From: Octopus sinensis
Taxonomy: Eukaryota
NCBI RefSeq assembly: GCF_006345805.1
Contig: NC_042999.1
Span: 168,826,001-168,890,000 of the forward strand
Reading direction: 5' to 3'
Length of the DNA stretch: 64,000 nt
The notes beneath the pieces were generated by a model. The model searched no databases and was not told where the DNA came from. It saw nothing but the letters and a program-made list of their open reading frames with translations. Position numbers and translations under genes: made by a program. Positions 27,921 to 41,095 of this stretch are shown here, one piece after another. Position 1 is the first letter of the stretch. Each line of letters opens with the position of its first letter.

Positions 27921-28368
27921 TATGATATTTATTACCAGAATTGAACACAAGACAAAATAAAAGCAATTAAGTACTAGACACAGTGCAATATACCCATGTT
28001 AAAGATTAAAATTAAAGAGAAGAGGGGAGAGATGCCGTTCAGAATTTAGTGGTTATGGTGGGAGAAGGTTAAATTGAAACTCGGAAAATTAAGTCTAATT
28101 CTCGTAGATTGATAGTAGCTTGTGCGATTGTTTTTTCATGGTAAAGTATAATAAAGATAGGATATTAATAGAAATTCATTTTAGATTATAGACAAACATG
28201 TTTGTAACAAGAAGATGTGTACCTGAAATGGAATTATTGTAAATTATGTATAAGGAAATAACGGATCCTAGTATTAGTGTACTACCTGTCATTTCAAAGT
28301 TAAATTCTTGCTATTCACATTCCTAATACTAGTGTAATAAAACGAATAACACAAAGGTACATATATCA

Positions 28369-30127
28369 TCTCTCTATATATAAAACTGAGAATGTGTGTC
28401 TGTCTGTTTCTCTGTCTGTTTCCCTAAAACTTGAGAACTACACAACCAATTTCATTCAAATTTTACACATGCCTTATTTAGGGTCCGGGGAGTGTCATCG
28501 GCAAAAAAGTTTTTAACTTTTTGCCTAGGGCGAGCCCACAGCAATATCATATCTTCTCCACTACGATTCCCTAAAACTTGAGAACTACACAACCAATTTT
28601 ATTCAAAATTTACACATGCCTTACTTAGGGTCCATGTAGTTTCATGGGCCAAAAAAATGTTCAACTTCTTGCCTAGAGTGAGCCCATAGCAATATCATAT
28701 CTTATCCACTATTTCAGTATTACGTGTTAAAAATGAAACAAAAACATTTCGCTATTTTATGTTAGATACTTTCACTTTAACAATAAAAATTAGAGATAAT
28801 AATAACAATTGAATTATATGTAGTAAGTAATAATTAAAATCAAACTAAAGTATAATATAATAATTAAATCGTAACATAACAATTAAAAGTAAAATAGCAA
28901 TTGGCATAAAAATGCATCAATGACTTGAACTTGAATAAATGGTTTCGCATGAATGGGAATAAATAAAAAATAAAATTTAAGTGCAGAAATGGAATAGTCC
29001 AGATGGAGCTGTGCACATACCCTTTACCACGACTTTTACATTAGATTATCTGCTAATTAGCTTTCATTAAGTATCTATATGAAGTTTGGCTGTATGTAAT
29101 GTCTGTTTTATCGAACAGCCGCTTCTACTGAGTACTGCTGTTGGTTTATTTCTGATCCATAAAAGACTATAGCTTCAACTGAGTACTACTTTTTGATTCA
29201 CCGTAAGGTTTGTTGTTGTTATTATTACTGTTTAACTATTGTTATCACGTTTGTTGGTTCCTCGTAAGGGAAGTGTTGTTGTGTTGCATTTGTTAAATAA
29301 TTGTAAACCGTAACCCACCCCCTTTGGAAGAAGGAGCTTTGGTTATTGTTTAAAAATTGAATTGTGGCCCTGTTTGGGGAAATTGACAATATTTTCACCT
29401 TTTATACGGAAGCATTTTTGTTAAAATGTCTTCGATAGAAAAAAGTCCAAAAATGAATTTCGCTGCAGCCGTCGGCGGACGCGAACTCATTAAAATTAAA
29501 ATGGAAGAAATACAAACCTATTTCGGATTGATCACCGACAAAGTCGGTGAATCTAGGATAACACCACCAAACGAAATAAAAAATTAAATTAAAGAAAAGA
29601 CTATGGTCTATAAAGTATACAATGTAGAGAAAAAAAGATTTGAACACCTGGAGGAAAGCACCATTGAAAAGTGTCTTGGTTTCGACTATGAAAGATATCA
29701 AGTATTTAACCAGAGGCGGTAAATTCGCCACAATAGAAGCAAGGTCCGAGTCAACGAAGTGTGCAAGGGAGTACTCGACTCGAACCTTGCAAAGTGGAAA
29801 TATTTTATTTTTACCTTTATATCTGGGACGTAGGACGTCCCGGATAAAAATTTAAAATGTCCCCCCCAGAAGTAGAAGTAGGCTGGATTGTAGCCACTCT
29901 TCTATACAAGATAGAGGACAAGATACAATTGATCGAAATTGCAAGAGACGGGCCTACAATTCCAGTCTGTTATATATTTTGAGTATGGTTATCACTAGCG
30001 ATATCAAGACATAACTTTGTATTTTTTATTTTATGTGTAGATGTATATATATAGATGTACATGTAATATGTACACATATATACATGCACTAGCACTATGA
30101 CCCGTCAACGCCGGGTCATAATGCTAG
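28369..30127 (+). mobile_element. Non-autonomous Helitron family A (long copy)
   Basis: A|TC start, internal ~145 bp tandem duplication, 3' hairpin gacccg..cgggtc, CTAG|T. Confidence 0.9.
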
Positions 30128-30138
30128 TTATCTATAAT

Positions 30139-30346
30139 TCAGAAGTTTATCAGTTAAGTATATATGAGCATGTCTAGATATGCAACTATATGCATGAAAT
30201 GCATACATAAAACAAAACATAAATCTATACGTATACATACATACATATAAAAATACCCTGTTGGTGTTGTTGAAATTCCAATGAAGGAGCCTTGAATCTT
30301 TCCATATTGGCAAGAAAACTTGAAGTAAAACTGAATGATGACATAC
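30139..30346 (+). mobile_element. R4/Dong-like LINE 3' UTR fragment
   Basis: First ~100 bp match 21564-21665. Confidence 0.6.
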
Positions 30347-30349
30347 TTA

Positions 30350-31395
30350 TCTTAATAATACTAAAACTCTAGAAGATATTTGTTTGTGCCCGAAATATCT
30401 CAGAAATAGTATATTTTATCTTAATTTGTTTGCATATTTATTTTCATATTTACCTTCGGCAGTGCAGTACATATTTTTGTGATATTTGGCCCTCTATTCA
30501 TTAATGAAAACGATTACACACAATTTTTGTTTGTTGTTTTTTGACGAAAAAACATGGCTACCGTGACGTCGACATACATACACACATATATAATGAATGT
30601 CATGGCAGTCAATCAGCACAAACACACGTCAGCTATCTGTGACATATACACATAATAGTCATCGCGCTTTCTAAGAAAATAAACGTCGACTTTTTGACGT
30701 TCACAGTATTTTAATCATTTAGAAATATTTTAAACTGAATGTTATTTCAAAACCGTAAATTGTTTGTGCAGTAAGTACTTATATTTTAGCTTTCTTTAAA
30801 TATACAATATTTTTATGTTTTTTTAAAAAATTATTTTCAAGTGAATGATCTTTCGCTTTGATTCTCAGCACTGTCATCCAGAGTTTGCTAATTTCGTAAC
30901 ATTTTTTATTTATATATTTTTGTTTTAAAATGAAAGAGAGGAGAAAATGAAAGATGCATGTACGTGTATATGAAATGACGTACATACATCAATACATACG
31001 CGTACATCTTTTTGTATGTACGTGTGCATGTGTAAGAGAGAGGGGAGTGAGTGAACGTGTGTGTTCTCATGTATGCGTAAGTAGCACTCTTTCTCTTCCT
31101 CTCTATCTCTTCCTCTCTATCTCTTCCTCTCTATCTCTTCCTCTCTATCTCTTCCTCTCTCTCTCTCTTCCTTTCTCTCTCTCTCACACACGTCCATTTT
31201 ATATACACGTTCATACACCTTTCACTTTCTCCTCTCTTTCACTATAACACAAGAGTAAATAAATAAAACATTTTACGGAAATTAACAAACAAAATCAGCT
31301 GATCCAGATGATAGTTCTGAGAGTCAAAGCGAAAGATTGCTCCAAGGGAATACCATTACAAAATTTTTTTCGAATGCATTCAACGTATCTCAGCT
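30350..31395 (+). mobile_element. Probable Helitron family C (degenerate)
   Basis: A|TCTTAATAATACTAAAACT start. Internal 31 bp inverted repeat (30848-30878 / 31307-31337). Eroded 3' hairpin..cagct end. Confidence 0.45.
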
Positions 31396-31443
31396 CCAAA
31401 GATTTGGCTGCTATTTCTAGCACGCCCTGCTACCACGTAAAAC

Positions 31444-32105
31444 GTCAAGTTCCTTTATCATTAGAATACAAAATACATACAAAAATTAATCGAGATGTTA
31501 GGTTTCAAGCGCTACAATATTACAATCCAAAGAAATTACGATCGTTTCGAGAAATGCGCTTGTATTGGGCATGTTTTCCAGCCGATACAAATAGTCGCAT
31601 TTCTCTCATCAGAGGTAGAAATAAATCGATTAAAATTGTTGAAAAACTGAGAAAGCTTAAAATATCTCCTACTTACAGAACTTGAAGTTTTATCAGGTAA
31701 TGTTCTTTACAAAATGTTATAGTGTATATAAAAAAGTTCGCAAGGATGTAGAAAGGCTTTGTGAAGTGGAAAAAGTTGTGAAGTAAAACATTTGTGCGAA
31801 TAAAATTGAAACTAAGAATATTTGTAAAAATAGAATAATATAAGGATTCAAATTTCGGGACATTTGGATTGCTGATAATTAAAGATAGTGAATAATTAAA
31901 ATAAGGTGAATCCATATATGCAGAATTTAGTGGAAACAATCTAAAATCGGCTGCAAATCTTGCCCAACACAAACGTATTCCTAGAAACGATCGTAAGGTT
32001 TTTTAATACTGCTTTTCTTCGGATTGTAATATTAGAGTACTTGAAACCTAATATCTCAATGAATTTTTTAATGTATTTTGTATTCCAATGATAAAGGAAC
32101 TTGAC
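31444..32105. repeat. Diverged fold-back of a PLE-type terminal repeat
   Basis: 31444-31590 is approximately the reverse complement of 31945-32105. Confidence 0.75.
31532..31616 (-). ncRNA. Type I hammerhead (3' strand of stem I lost in this copy)
   Basis: ACCU-CUGAUGA-GAGAAAUGCG..CGCAUUUCUC-GAAA-C(GAUC)G-UA. The mirror arm (~31984-32000) retains GAAACGAUCGUA-AGGU. Confidence 0.75.
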
Positions 32106-32211
32106 CTACGAAAATCTATTATCCACTTTGATTTTTATTATATTTTGCTCATATTGAGCACTAATTAGGTGCGCAGCAACAAAGGTTTTTCCTTTTTTAT
32201 TATTATTATTC

Positions 32212-32249
<38 letters not shown>

Positions 32250-32264
32250 ACACACACACACACA

Positions 32265-33654
32265 CACAGTGCGATGAGTAAATTGTCGCCATTTTATAAT
32301 TTTTAATTTTGCGCATGTGCATTGTTTGTTTTTGATTTTGTTGACTACACAGTATAGTAGGGTCAGTTGGGCACCGTCTGTGAAAAAGCACCACCATTAC
32401 AAAATTTACTCTGCCAGAAATTTGGAAACGACTGCTTGGCATTCGCACCGGAAGCTCCAATACAAATATTTAAGAGTGTTTGGATGTCAATCTGAGGAGA
32501 GTGCAGAGGATTCAGAAAGAGTTGGATGGGTCTAATGGGGATTACGAAGGTACAGCAGTTTGGAAAACTCACTCTGATCGTTCTGATAAGAAAAGAACTC
32601 CTGAATTTGTTGGTGAGATTCAGGCCATGATTGACAATGATCCCTCCAAATCAATCAGGTCCATCGTCAGAGACATGGGAGAGTTTTAGTTCCTTATCAG
32701 GTAGGTAGTGCATGAAGACATTCGGTATTCCTCATACAAGGCGGCGAGCTGGGAGAAGCGTTAGCACGCCGGGCGAAATGCTTTGCGGTATTTCGTCTGC
32801 CGTTACGTTCTGAGTTCAAATTCCGCCGAGGTCGACTTTGCCTTTCATCCTTTGTCCCTTCTATGTTTAGCCCCTTGTGGGTAATAAAGAAATAGGTATT
32901 CCTCATACAAGATGAGAAAGGGCCAATTTTTATCACAAGCCATCGAGAACAAGAGGTAAAACCGCGTTACGAAGCTTTTGAACAAACTCAATCATCCATT
33001 CTGTGAACACACAGAACAACAATTGGCTTGCCGTGTCCCCATGACATGTACCGAGGATGATAAAAATCAAAAATTCAGTCAACATCGTGGTGTTTGGAGT
33101 GATCACGACGTTATACTTCCATTCATCTTTCAACACGGCCTCAGATTCCACACGGAGGCCTACATTAAGTACCTGGAGGAGGTAATGCTGCTCTGGGTCA
33201 AGAGGGTGACTGCTGGAAGACCCTATATCTGTCAACAGGACTCTGCACCATGTCACACAAGCAGGAGAACCCAGTCATGGCTGTCAAACAATTTCTGCGA
33301 CCACATCGCTCTTGACATTTGGCCGCCTAACTCCCCAGACTGCAAACCCCCTTGATTTTTATGTGGGGCGCAGTTGAGTAAGAGACTAACATAACTCCTT
33401 GTAACACCGAAGATGAACTGAAGGATTATGGCAGCATCCAGCAACAAGAAGACCGTCTAGAAGAGTTGCGTGGGATCTCGAAGTCGTTTAGAGGCCGTGG
33501 TTGAAACCAATGGCGATTTTATTAAATAAATTTACTCATTAGTATATCAAGATATTTTTATGTAATCGTAGTAAATATATCTGTTAAAATGAGATGTCAG
33601 TGATATTTCCATTTTTGCGTAATTTAGACGACAATTTATTCATCGCATCCTGTA
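32265..33654 (+). mobile_element. maT-type (DD37D) Tc1/mariner transposon, decayed
   Basis: TIRs cagtgcgatgagtaaattgtcg / cgacaatttattcatcgcatcctgta. QQDSAPCH..WPPNSPD with 37 residues to the next D, counted across a frameshift. Confidence 0.85.
32741..32894 (+). mobile_element. tRNA-derived SINE family 3 (internally deleted) with 17 bp TSD
   Basis: TSD ggtattcctcatacaag at 32724-32740 and 32895-32911. B-box GAGTTCAAATTC. Confidence 0.9.
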
Positions 33655-33857
33655 TATATCATTTCTTTCTTTCTTTCTCTCTTCATCCGCCCCCCCCCCT
33701 CCTACGTTTCTCTGCCTCTCATACCTTACACTCCCCTCGATCTGTCTCTTTCCCTCTCTTTCTTCTCCTCCCTTGTTTCCCTTTTCTCTCTACTCATCTG
33801 TCCCTTTCTCCTCTCTTTTGTCCTCACGTGACCAGCCAGCCACTGCTGCTTTGCCTT

Positions 33858-35554
33858 TTCGCATGTGGAAAAGAAGAGCCTCAAGAAATGCAAGAGGGAC
33901 ATGGTACTATATAGATCGGAGGTGACGGCCCTGAAAAATACAGATGGAATACCGGTCAACGAGAAGAGCGAGATGGAAAAAGTTTGTGAAGACTTCTACA
34001 CCAAGCTCTTTAAGTCTACCAGAAATGTCCAGCCGTTACCACCACTCCAACAGGAAGAAAACGTGCCACCTATCGTTGTCAGTGAGGTTGAAAGAGGTAT
34101 CGGCTCGATGAAAAACGGAAAGGCTCCAGGGAAAGACGGTATAACATCGGAGGTGCTAAAGTCAGGCAGAGAGCAGCTCTGGAAAATCCTCGCTGAGCGA
34201 TTTACGCGCTATCTAGACGAGGGAAGAATCCCCTCGCAGTGGAAAGAGTCAAATACCATCCTGCTGTATAAGAAGGGCGACAGAGAAGATCTAAAGAACT
34301 ACCGACCCATATGCCTGCTGTCTCACATGTACAAGCTGTTCACGAAGATAATTCTGAACAGGTTGTCACGTCGTCTCGACGAACAACAACCGAGGGAGCA
34401 AGCAGGCTTCCGGAAGAACTACAGCACAATCGACCATATATTTGCTCTAACGCAACTGCTTGAGCGAGCAAATGAGTACCAGCTGCCTCTTTGCGTTGCG
34501 TTTATAGATTATGAGAAGGCCTTCGATAGCGTCGAAACCAACGCAGTGCTGAACTCGCTGCAGAGGCAAGGAATCGAAGCGCAATATGTGCAGCTGCTCA
34601 GAGAGGCAAATTCCAGATGCACCACCGACATAGCTCTACTGTCATCACCCATACGAGTGCCGGTCGAGAAGGGAGTGAAGCAAGGAGATACAATCTCCCC
34701 AAAACTTTTCATCAGAGGCATCGAATGGCAAGGTGGTGTCAACATCAATGGCGAGCTCCTCACTCACCTCGTTTCGCTGACGACATCGTACTCATCGCTG
34801 AAAACATGGATCAGCTTCAGACCATGCTGACGGAGCTCGACATCAAAAGTTCTGCAGTAGGTCCCAAGATGAACCGCATGAAAACAAAGTTCATGCGGTC
34901 AGACAATGTACCAACAGGTCGAATGGTGATCGGCAGTGATGAAATAGAAGAGGTGAGAGAATATGTCTACCTGGGACAGGAAGTAAATATGTGCCGGGGT
35001 ATCAAAAAGGAGATCTCACGGAGAGTAAGGGCCGGATGGAAGGCGTTCAATGGCATAAGGGATGTGCTCAAGGGAAGGTTGGACAGGACCACCCGCGCCA
35101 ACCTCATTAACAGTGCAGTTCTGCCTGCAATGTTATATGGTAGTGAAACATGGACTACCACAAAGAGAGAAGAGCAAAGACTGATAACGGCTCAAAGAGC
35201 CATGGAAAGGTCAATGCTTGGTATCTCGTTGAGAGAGCACATCAGTAGCGAGATCATCAGAAAGAAGTCCGGCGTGAGAGATGTCATCGCAGAGTATACT
35301 CGCAGCAAGTATAGATGGGCTGGACACGTCGCCCTGCTCACCGATAATCGGTGAACGCACGCAGTTGTCGAGCGGTACCCGCGTGAGCGGAAAAGACCAC
35401 CCGGAAGACCTCCACGACGGTGGAGTGACGATTTCAAGAGGACGATTGGGATCACGTGGATGAGAAAGGCGCGATCCAGAGAGGAGTGGACAGCGTGCTG
35501 TGACCAGCGGTGTCAAATGGAAGCCTGACGGACTGGTCGGTCAAAGTGATCAAA

Positions 35555-35560
<6 letters not shown>
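33858..35560 (+). mobile_element. RTE-clade LINE, 5'-truncated, RT with frameshift and premature stop
   Basis: GKAPGKDG, YRPICLL, QAGFR, FIDYEKAFDSV, GVKQGDTISPKLF, RFADD, YVYLG, MLYGSETW, RWAGH. (aaagtgatc)2 tail. Confidence 0.95.
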
Positions 35561-35599
<39 letters not shown>

Positions 35600-35605
<6 letters not shown>

Positions 35606-35845
35606 CAAATTAAGAAAATGGAGAAATACACCTTAATCAATAATCAACTACCAGATAATACCCAATCACATAATTTATTAACCCACTACATATGAACATC
35701 AAGGTCAAACATAATAGTACAGAACAAAACAATGCACATCAATGAGTAATACATTTATGTATTAACTTTGTTGGGTGCTTTACTGGCAGTATATTGGATA
35801 TATGTTATCCCATGGTGGGTTGCACTCACAACCCCTATCTCAATT
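35600..35845. mobile_element. PLE-derived element of the 1-466 family with internal inversion
   Basis: 35600-35750 matches 150-297 in reverse. 35751-35845 matches 372-466 forward. Confidence 0.65.
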
Positions 35846-36013
<168 letters not shown>

Positions 36014-36014
36014 T

Positions 36015-36230
36015 CTTTGAGTGTCTTTGTGTCTGTATTTGTCACCTCTCCACCGCTTAACAACCGGTGTTGATGGGTTTGTGTTCCTATAACTCGGCGG
36101 TTCGATAAAAGAGGCCGATAAAATAAGTACCAGGCTTTAAAAAGAAGTACTGGGGTCGTTTCATTCAACTAAAAGCTCTTCAAAGGGGTGTCCCAGCATG
36201 GCCGTAGTCTAATGACAAGTAAAAAGTAGA
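36015..36230 (+). mobile_element. SINE family 1, 3' half
   Basis: Matches 38735-38935. Preceded by a compound (TA)(GA)(GACA)(GATA) microsatellite. Confidence 0.75.
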
Positions 36231-36297
36231 TGTGTGTGTGTGTGTCTGTCTGTCTCTCTGTGTGCCTGTGTACCTCTGTGTGTGTGTGTGTGTATAT

Positions 36298-36346
<49 letters not shown>

Positions 36347-38487
36347 ATACACTAGTGAACTATGCATTGAGACATGGGTACAAATGTTAGCTGTTAACCA
36401 CCAATTCTTTTTCTCTTTGCCTTCCTAAAAAATTCTTTTTAATATTTAATAAGGTGGATCCATCGAAACTGCTTATATCTTAAATCACTCACTGAAACAA
36501 AAATATTAAACATTCTCTAAAATATACGTTTGTGCCTTTTCCAACTTGACTTATTTGTTTAGCCATAATTGTTGATTTGTATGAACTCTTAACCCCTTTT
36601 CATATAGATAAAAGATATATACATCACTATGTGTATACACATATACACACACGCGTATGTGTAAGTGTGCGTTTTGTATGTGCACACGTATTTAATATCA
36701 GTAAAATGTATTGCAGTGTGAAATGAAATTAAAACTTTCAGCGTACCTCTACATGACGAACTTCCCACAATGTTCTCCGCTCTAGTCAGAAACAAAGTTG
36801 TAAACATGTTGAAGTGATAAAAGGAAGTGAAAACTTTTCTCTAAATGTTCAACAAATAAATCCAATTTGCCTTTTTGTTATATTAGAATAAATACTGACT
36901 TACGTTTGCGTATTTATTATTGCGCCTCCCCTTATTTCGATTTTAACATGCAGTATCCCAATAATGTCCTAGTAATATCCGTATCAACATTTACTTTCCT
37001 TCTGAGAATGAGTGAAAGAATGATATGGCAGAGATAGTCCTGCTGCTTTTGAATTGACTTCGGTTGCATTTTCTTTATATAGTGAGATACCATCATCATC
37101 ACCATAATATATTCAATCCATTCTTAGCTACTAGTGTTAATCGATGGTTGCTAAGATTGGATATAGTAATTTACCTACGTATGTTCATGCAAATACGCTC
37201 ATGCATGCGCGCTTGAGCTCACACACACACATACATTCATACACACACACACACACACACACACTCATAAGCACATACAATACACACAATGCTGTATGCA
37301 TACGCACAAATACGCATATACATATGCATATGCACACAGATTTTGACACATTTATGTATGCATATAGATACTAATGCAAATGAAGATACATACAAACATA
37401 CATACATTCATATGTTTCAACCAGGAACCTCTGAGCAGCTGTATTTTACAAGGCTCTTCGTGGTCTTTATTATAATATCTTTAGTCTCTTAACTGATCGA
37501 GTGCTATAAAACTTATTGAACCTCATACCATACATACATATAAATACATGTCTATGTAATTATATACGTATTTCTATGCATCAATATAATTGCATTCAAA
37601 TATAAATTTAGAAAGTCGTAAATATATCATTTAATAAGAACGAAAACTTCGTCCAAAAACCACAATTCACGAAGTTTTGCTATGCTTTACAAAATTGTGT
37701 TAATGTGGAAACCGCCATTTTAAAATGAGTTCACGGATTTCATAAAAATCTATCAATCTAATTATGGAAGATAACTGATGTTATTGTTTGTAAACAGCTG
37801 CAAGCAATATCTAATAATTCAAACGGGAACATAAATTTTTAATTGAATTTAAAAGCCATGACGCTGAAACAACTCTCAGCTGGGATGAATTCAATAAAGA
37901 AAATGCTGGTTGAAATTTATAGATGGTACATGTCGTACTGATGTGATCCAACAAGATCGGAGTAGCAGCTATGTACAAATTTTAAGGACTCTATGATTAA
38001 AAGAAAAGTTAAAAGATAAAACATTTTTAGCGTGTTACTAATGTAGTATGTAAGCAATGTGGAAAGTCACCAATTTAGTGTGAGTGGTCACTAATTTTGA
38101 GATATGCAAATGTTATGAATGTCCGAAGGCACGTTTGTAAAGGAAACATTGTAATATTTGAATTGTAATGACAAAGGATGAATGAAGCAGGTATCAGAGG
38201 GAAACGATAAAGCTTATTATTGGACAAATGGTTTAGAAGCTAGTGGCGTTAAGGTGGTATGAAATACAAAAAGACCGGCTCCATTTAAGAGAAACGATGT
38301 GGTCGATGTCGAGTCCATCCACTGACTAGCGAAAAATCGTGCGCCAACCAATAGGGTAGGTAACTGCTCTTTGGTATCCCTACGCGCCCTACTCTGATTG
38401 GTTGAAGTTGCCATAGCACGACTGTGCTTTTCCACGACAACAAAATAGAGCTTTCCTGACTCACTTCACATTTAATCAAATACATAT

Positions 38488-38656
38488 AGGCGCAGGAGTG
38501 GCTGTGTGGTAAGTAGCTTGTTTACCAACCACATGGTTCCAGGTTCAGTCCTACTGCGTGGCACCTTGGGCAAGTGTCTTCTACTATAGCCTCGGGCCGA
38601 CCAAAGCCTTGTGAGTGGATTTGGTAGACGGAAACTGAAAGAAACCCGTCGTATAT

Positions 38657-38690
<34 letters not shown>

Positions 38691-38695
38691 ATATA

Positions 38696-38730
<35 letters not shown>

Positions 38731-38940
38731 CGTGTCTGTGTTTGTCCCCCTAGCATTGCTTGACAACCGATGCTGGTGTGTTTATGTCCCCATTACTTAG
38801 TGGTTCGGCAAAAGAGACCGATAGAATAAGTACTGGGCTTACAAAAGAATAAGTCCCAGGGTCGAGTTGCTCGATTAAAGGCAGTGCTCCAGCATGCCCG
38901 CAGTCAGATGACTGAAACAAGTAAAAGAGTAAAAGAGAGT
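38488..38940 (+). mobile_element. Full-length tRNA-derived SINE family 1
   Basis: Head ggcgcaggagtggctgtgtgg..ggttcagtcc, central (TA)n, LINE-like tail with (agtaaaag)n. Confidence 0.9.
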
Positions 38941-39612
38941 ATGTATTAAGATAAGTTATTTTGTTCGTTTCAAAGTTAACAAGACGAAATCGCGAGAGAC
39001 AACGTAAGCAGGACTGGAAATAACGAAACTGAAGCTGACGATGACGAATTTGTGGGGCGGGAGTGGGGCTTGTAGCTTCTTTATATGTCTTCCCCGTTCC
39101 TCCTTCTCCTGACCACATCGTACTGCGGAGATCAAAATAGCAGCTCTATACGAATGTTAAGGATTCTATGGTTAAAAGAAAAATAGAAACTTTTATAATC
39201 AAATAAATGCGTATAGATAATATACTAAAGATAAAATTGAATAAATTAAAAATGTCATATAAATTTACAGCAAGACAACAGAAATAACCAATTAACGAAC
39301 TATAAGATTACAAGTGAAAAGAGATTTGTTTATATCACATTAGTTACACACTAAACAAAATACCGTTTAAATATTAAACGAGATACAGTCTGCTTGAAAA
39401 AAAATTACGGTTGTCACTCCTACAAGATCTTTAGTTATAGATCTACTGGATAAGGACTAAGTAGGGGCTAACTAATAACTAATAACTTCAAATCTGCATA
39501 GGATAGTTTGAAAAATAATGCAATCATTCTAAAGATTACATAATATGCAATTGAATATTTGGAGAATAACACAGAACTTAGTACGGCAAGAGAATGAAAC
39601 TCTTCAACTCAC

Positions 39613-39810
39613 CAGAGCTGGGTGTAAGCCCGTTAATCCATTAATCGTTAATTAACGAAGTAAACATTTTCGTTAACGATTTAAATTTTAAGTTAACTTT
39701 GAAAATCATTATCGGACTAATTAACTTCCGTTACATTTAGCTTCCGTTAACTCAAATCCGTTGACCCAAAAGTTTCATAAAAACCGGTAAACGTTTAAAA
39801 GTTTCTATTG
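39613..39810 (+). mobile_element. hAT-like MITE terminus
   Basis: CAGAGCTGGG start followed by many CGTTA/TAACG subterminal repeats. Confidence 0.5.
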
Positions 39811-39814
39811 TTTT

Positions 39815-41095
39815 CAGATTGTCTTAGCATATTTGATATTGTAGGCGTCATTATTGTACGTGTGAAAGCAGCCAGGAAGTGAAAAGCAGAAGCAGAGACT
39901 GATGACATCCTGTCTTCTCTTACATACCGAGACATGGTGGGTGCAACGCAAATTCATCAAAAGGGACTTGGTTTTGGCGCAGATCAGTTCAGACCGTCTG
40001 CAAGTATGATGCAGAGTGAACGCAGATCTGTTGTTAGAAACAGCGTCAAAACGAGGGGAGAAGGGAGAAGAGAGCTTCATTTGATTCAATGCATTCAACA
40101 AGGATAGATGACGAGATGGGAGGAACATGTTGAGATGGAAATAAGTTGGGATGAGATATAAAGGTGGACCACATCTCGGCTAAGTTTTCTCACTCGTTCA
40201 TCCTGTTTGCCATCACCTGCAAATCTAGTAAGATGCAATGTCTCAGAGAATGATAGATGCAAATGCGGAAAGGCTGGAAGACTGAAACATATTCTTTCCA
40301 ACTGTTCACTAGCATTGAATAGGTATACATGGAGACACAACCTGGTCCTTAAGGTCCTTTTCAATGCTATAAAGAACCAAATTCATCTCAACAGCACTGA
40401 GAAAAATCGCTGAAAGTACCAACTAGAGATTTCATTACTTTCGTGCGCTCAGGACAGCGGATCCGTTTTAAGAACAATAAAAACTTCCTGTGAGCCATGA
40501 AAAGTGGAACGGCTATTGGGAAGTGACTGCAGATTTACCAGGGTGCCAAGGACTCCTACCCATCCCAGTGAAGAAAAAAACGGACGTTTTAATGTGGTGT
40601 GAAAGAAAGAAAGTTGTAAACCCAGTCGAGTTAACGGTTCCTCATGAAGATAACATGGACGCCTCTCAGGCTCGAAAGATTGACCGTTATGTAAACCTCC
40701 TCGAGGAATATGAAGACGCAGGATGGAAAGCGGAACATTTTCCAATCGAAGTCGGATGTAGAGGGTTTGTTGGACACAATGTGAGATGACTGTTGTTAGG
40801 CCCATCTCATCGTAAAGTAAATACCACCATAACCGATATCCAAACTACAGTGGAAAAGGTTAGCGGCTGGATTCCATTAAAAAGAGACGTTGAGCGATGG
40901 CTAGAAGAATATTGAGCTTTATTTGATAACCAGTTGATTTAGCAAGCGGGACCGCATATTGATGCCGTCGAGAGGTAGGCCCCGAAACGGCGCGCATTCT
41001 CTCCTGATGACCCCAGACACTTGCTGGCTTCCGGTATGCGGAGCTCTCGACTGGTAGCACTTGCATGTGCAAGTTGTTTGCAAAACATATAAAAG
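39815..41095 (+). mobile_element. HERO-like RLE LINE, 3' fragment
   Basis: DMVGA..GLG, LPSPANL, C.CG..LKHILSNC..RYTWRHN, D...W..ELTVPHE..K..Y..PIEVGCRGF (restriction-like endonuclease). Ends approximate. Confidence 0.85.
40964..41014 (+). ncRNA. Hammerhead-like motif with non-canonical (pseudoknotted) strand order
   Basis: GCCG-UC-GAGAG .. GAAA-CGGC .. CUCUC-CUGAUGA. Stems III (4 bp) and I (5 bp) pair perfectly. Stem II is poor. Confidence 0.6.
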
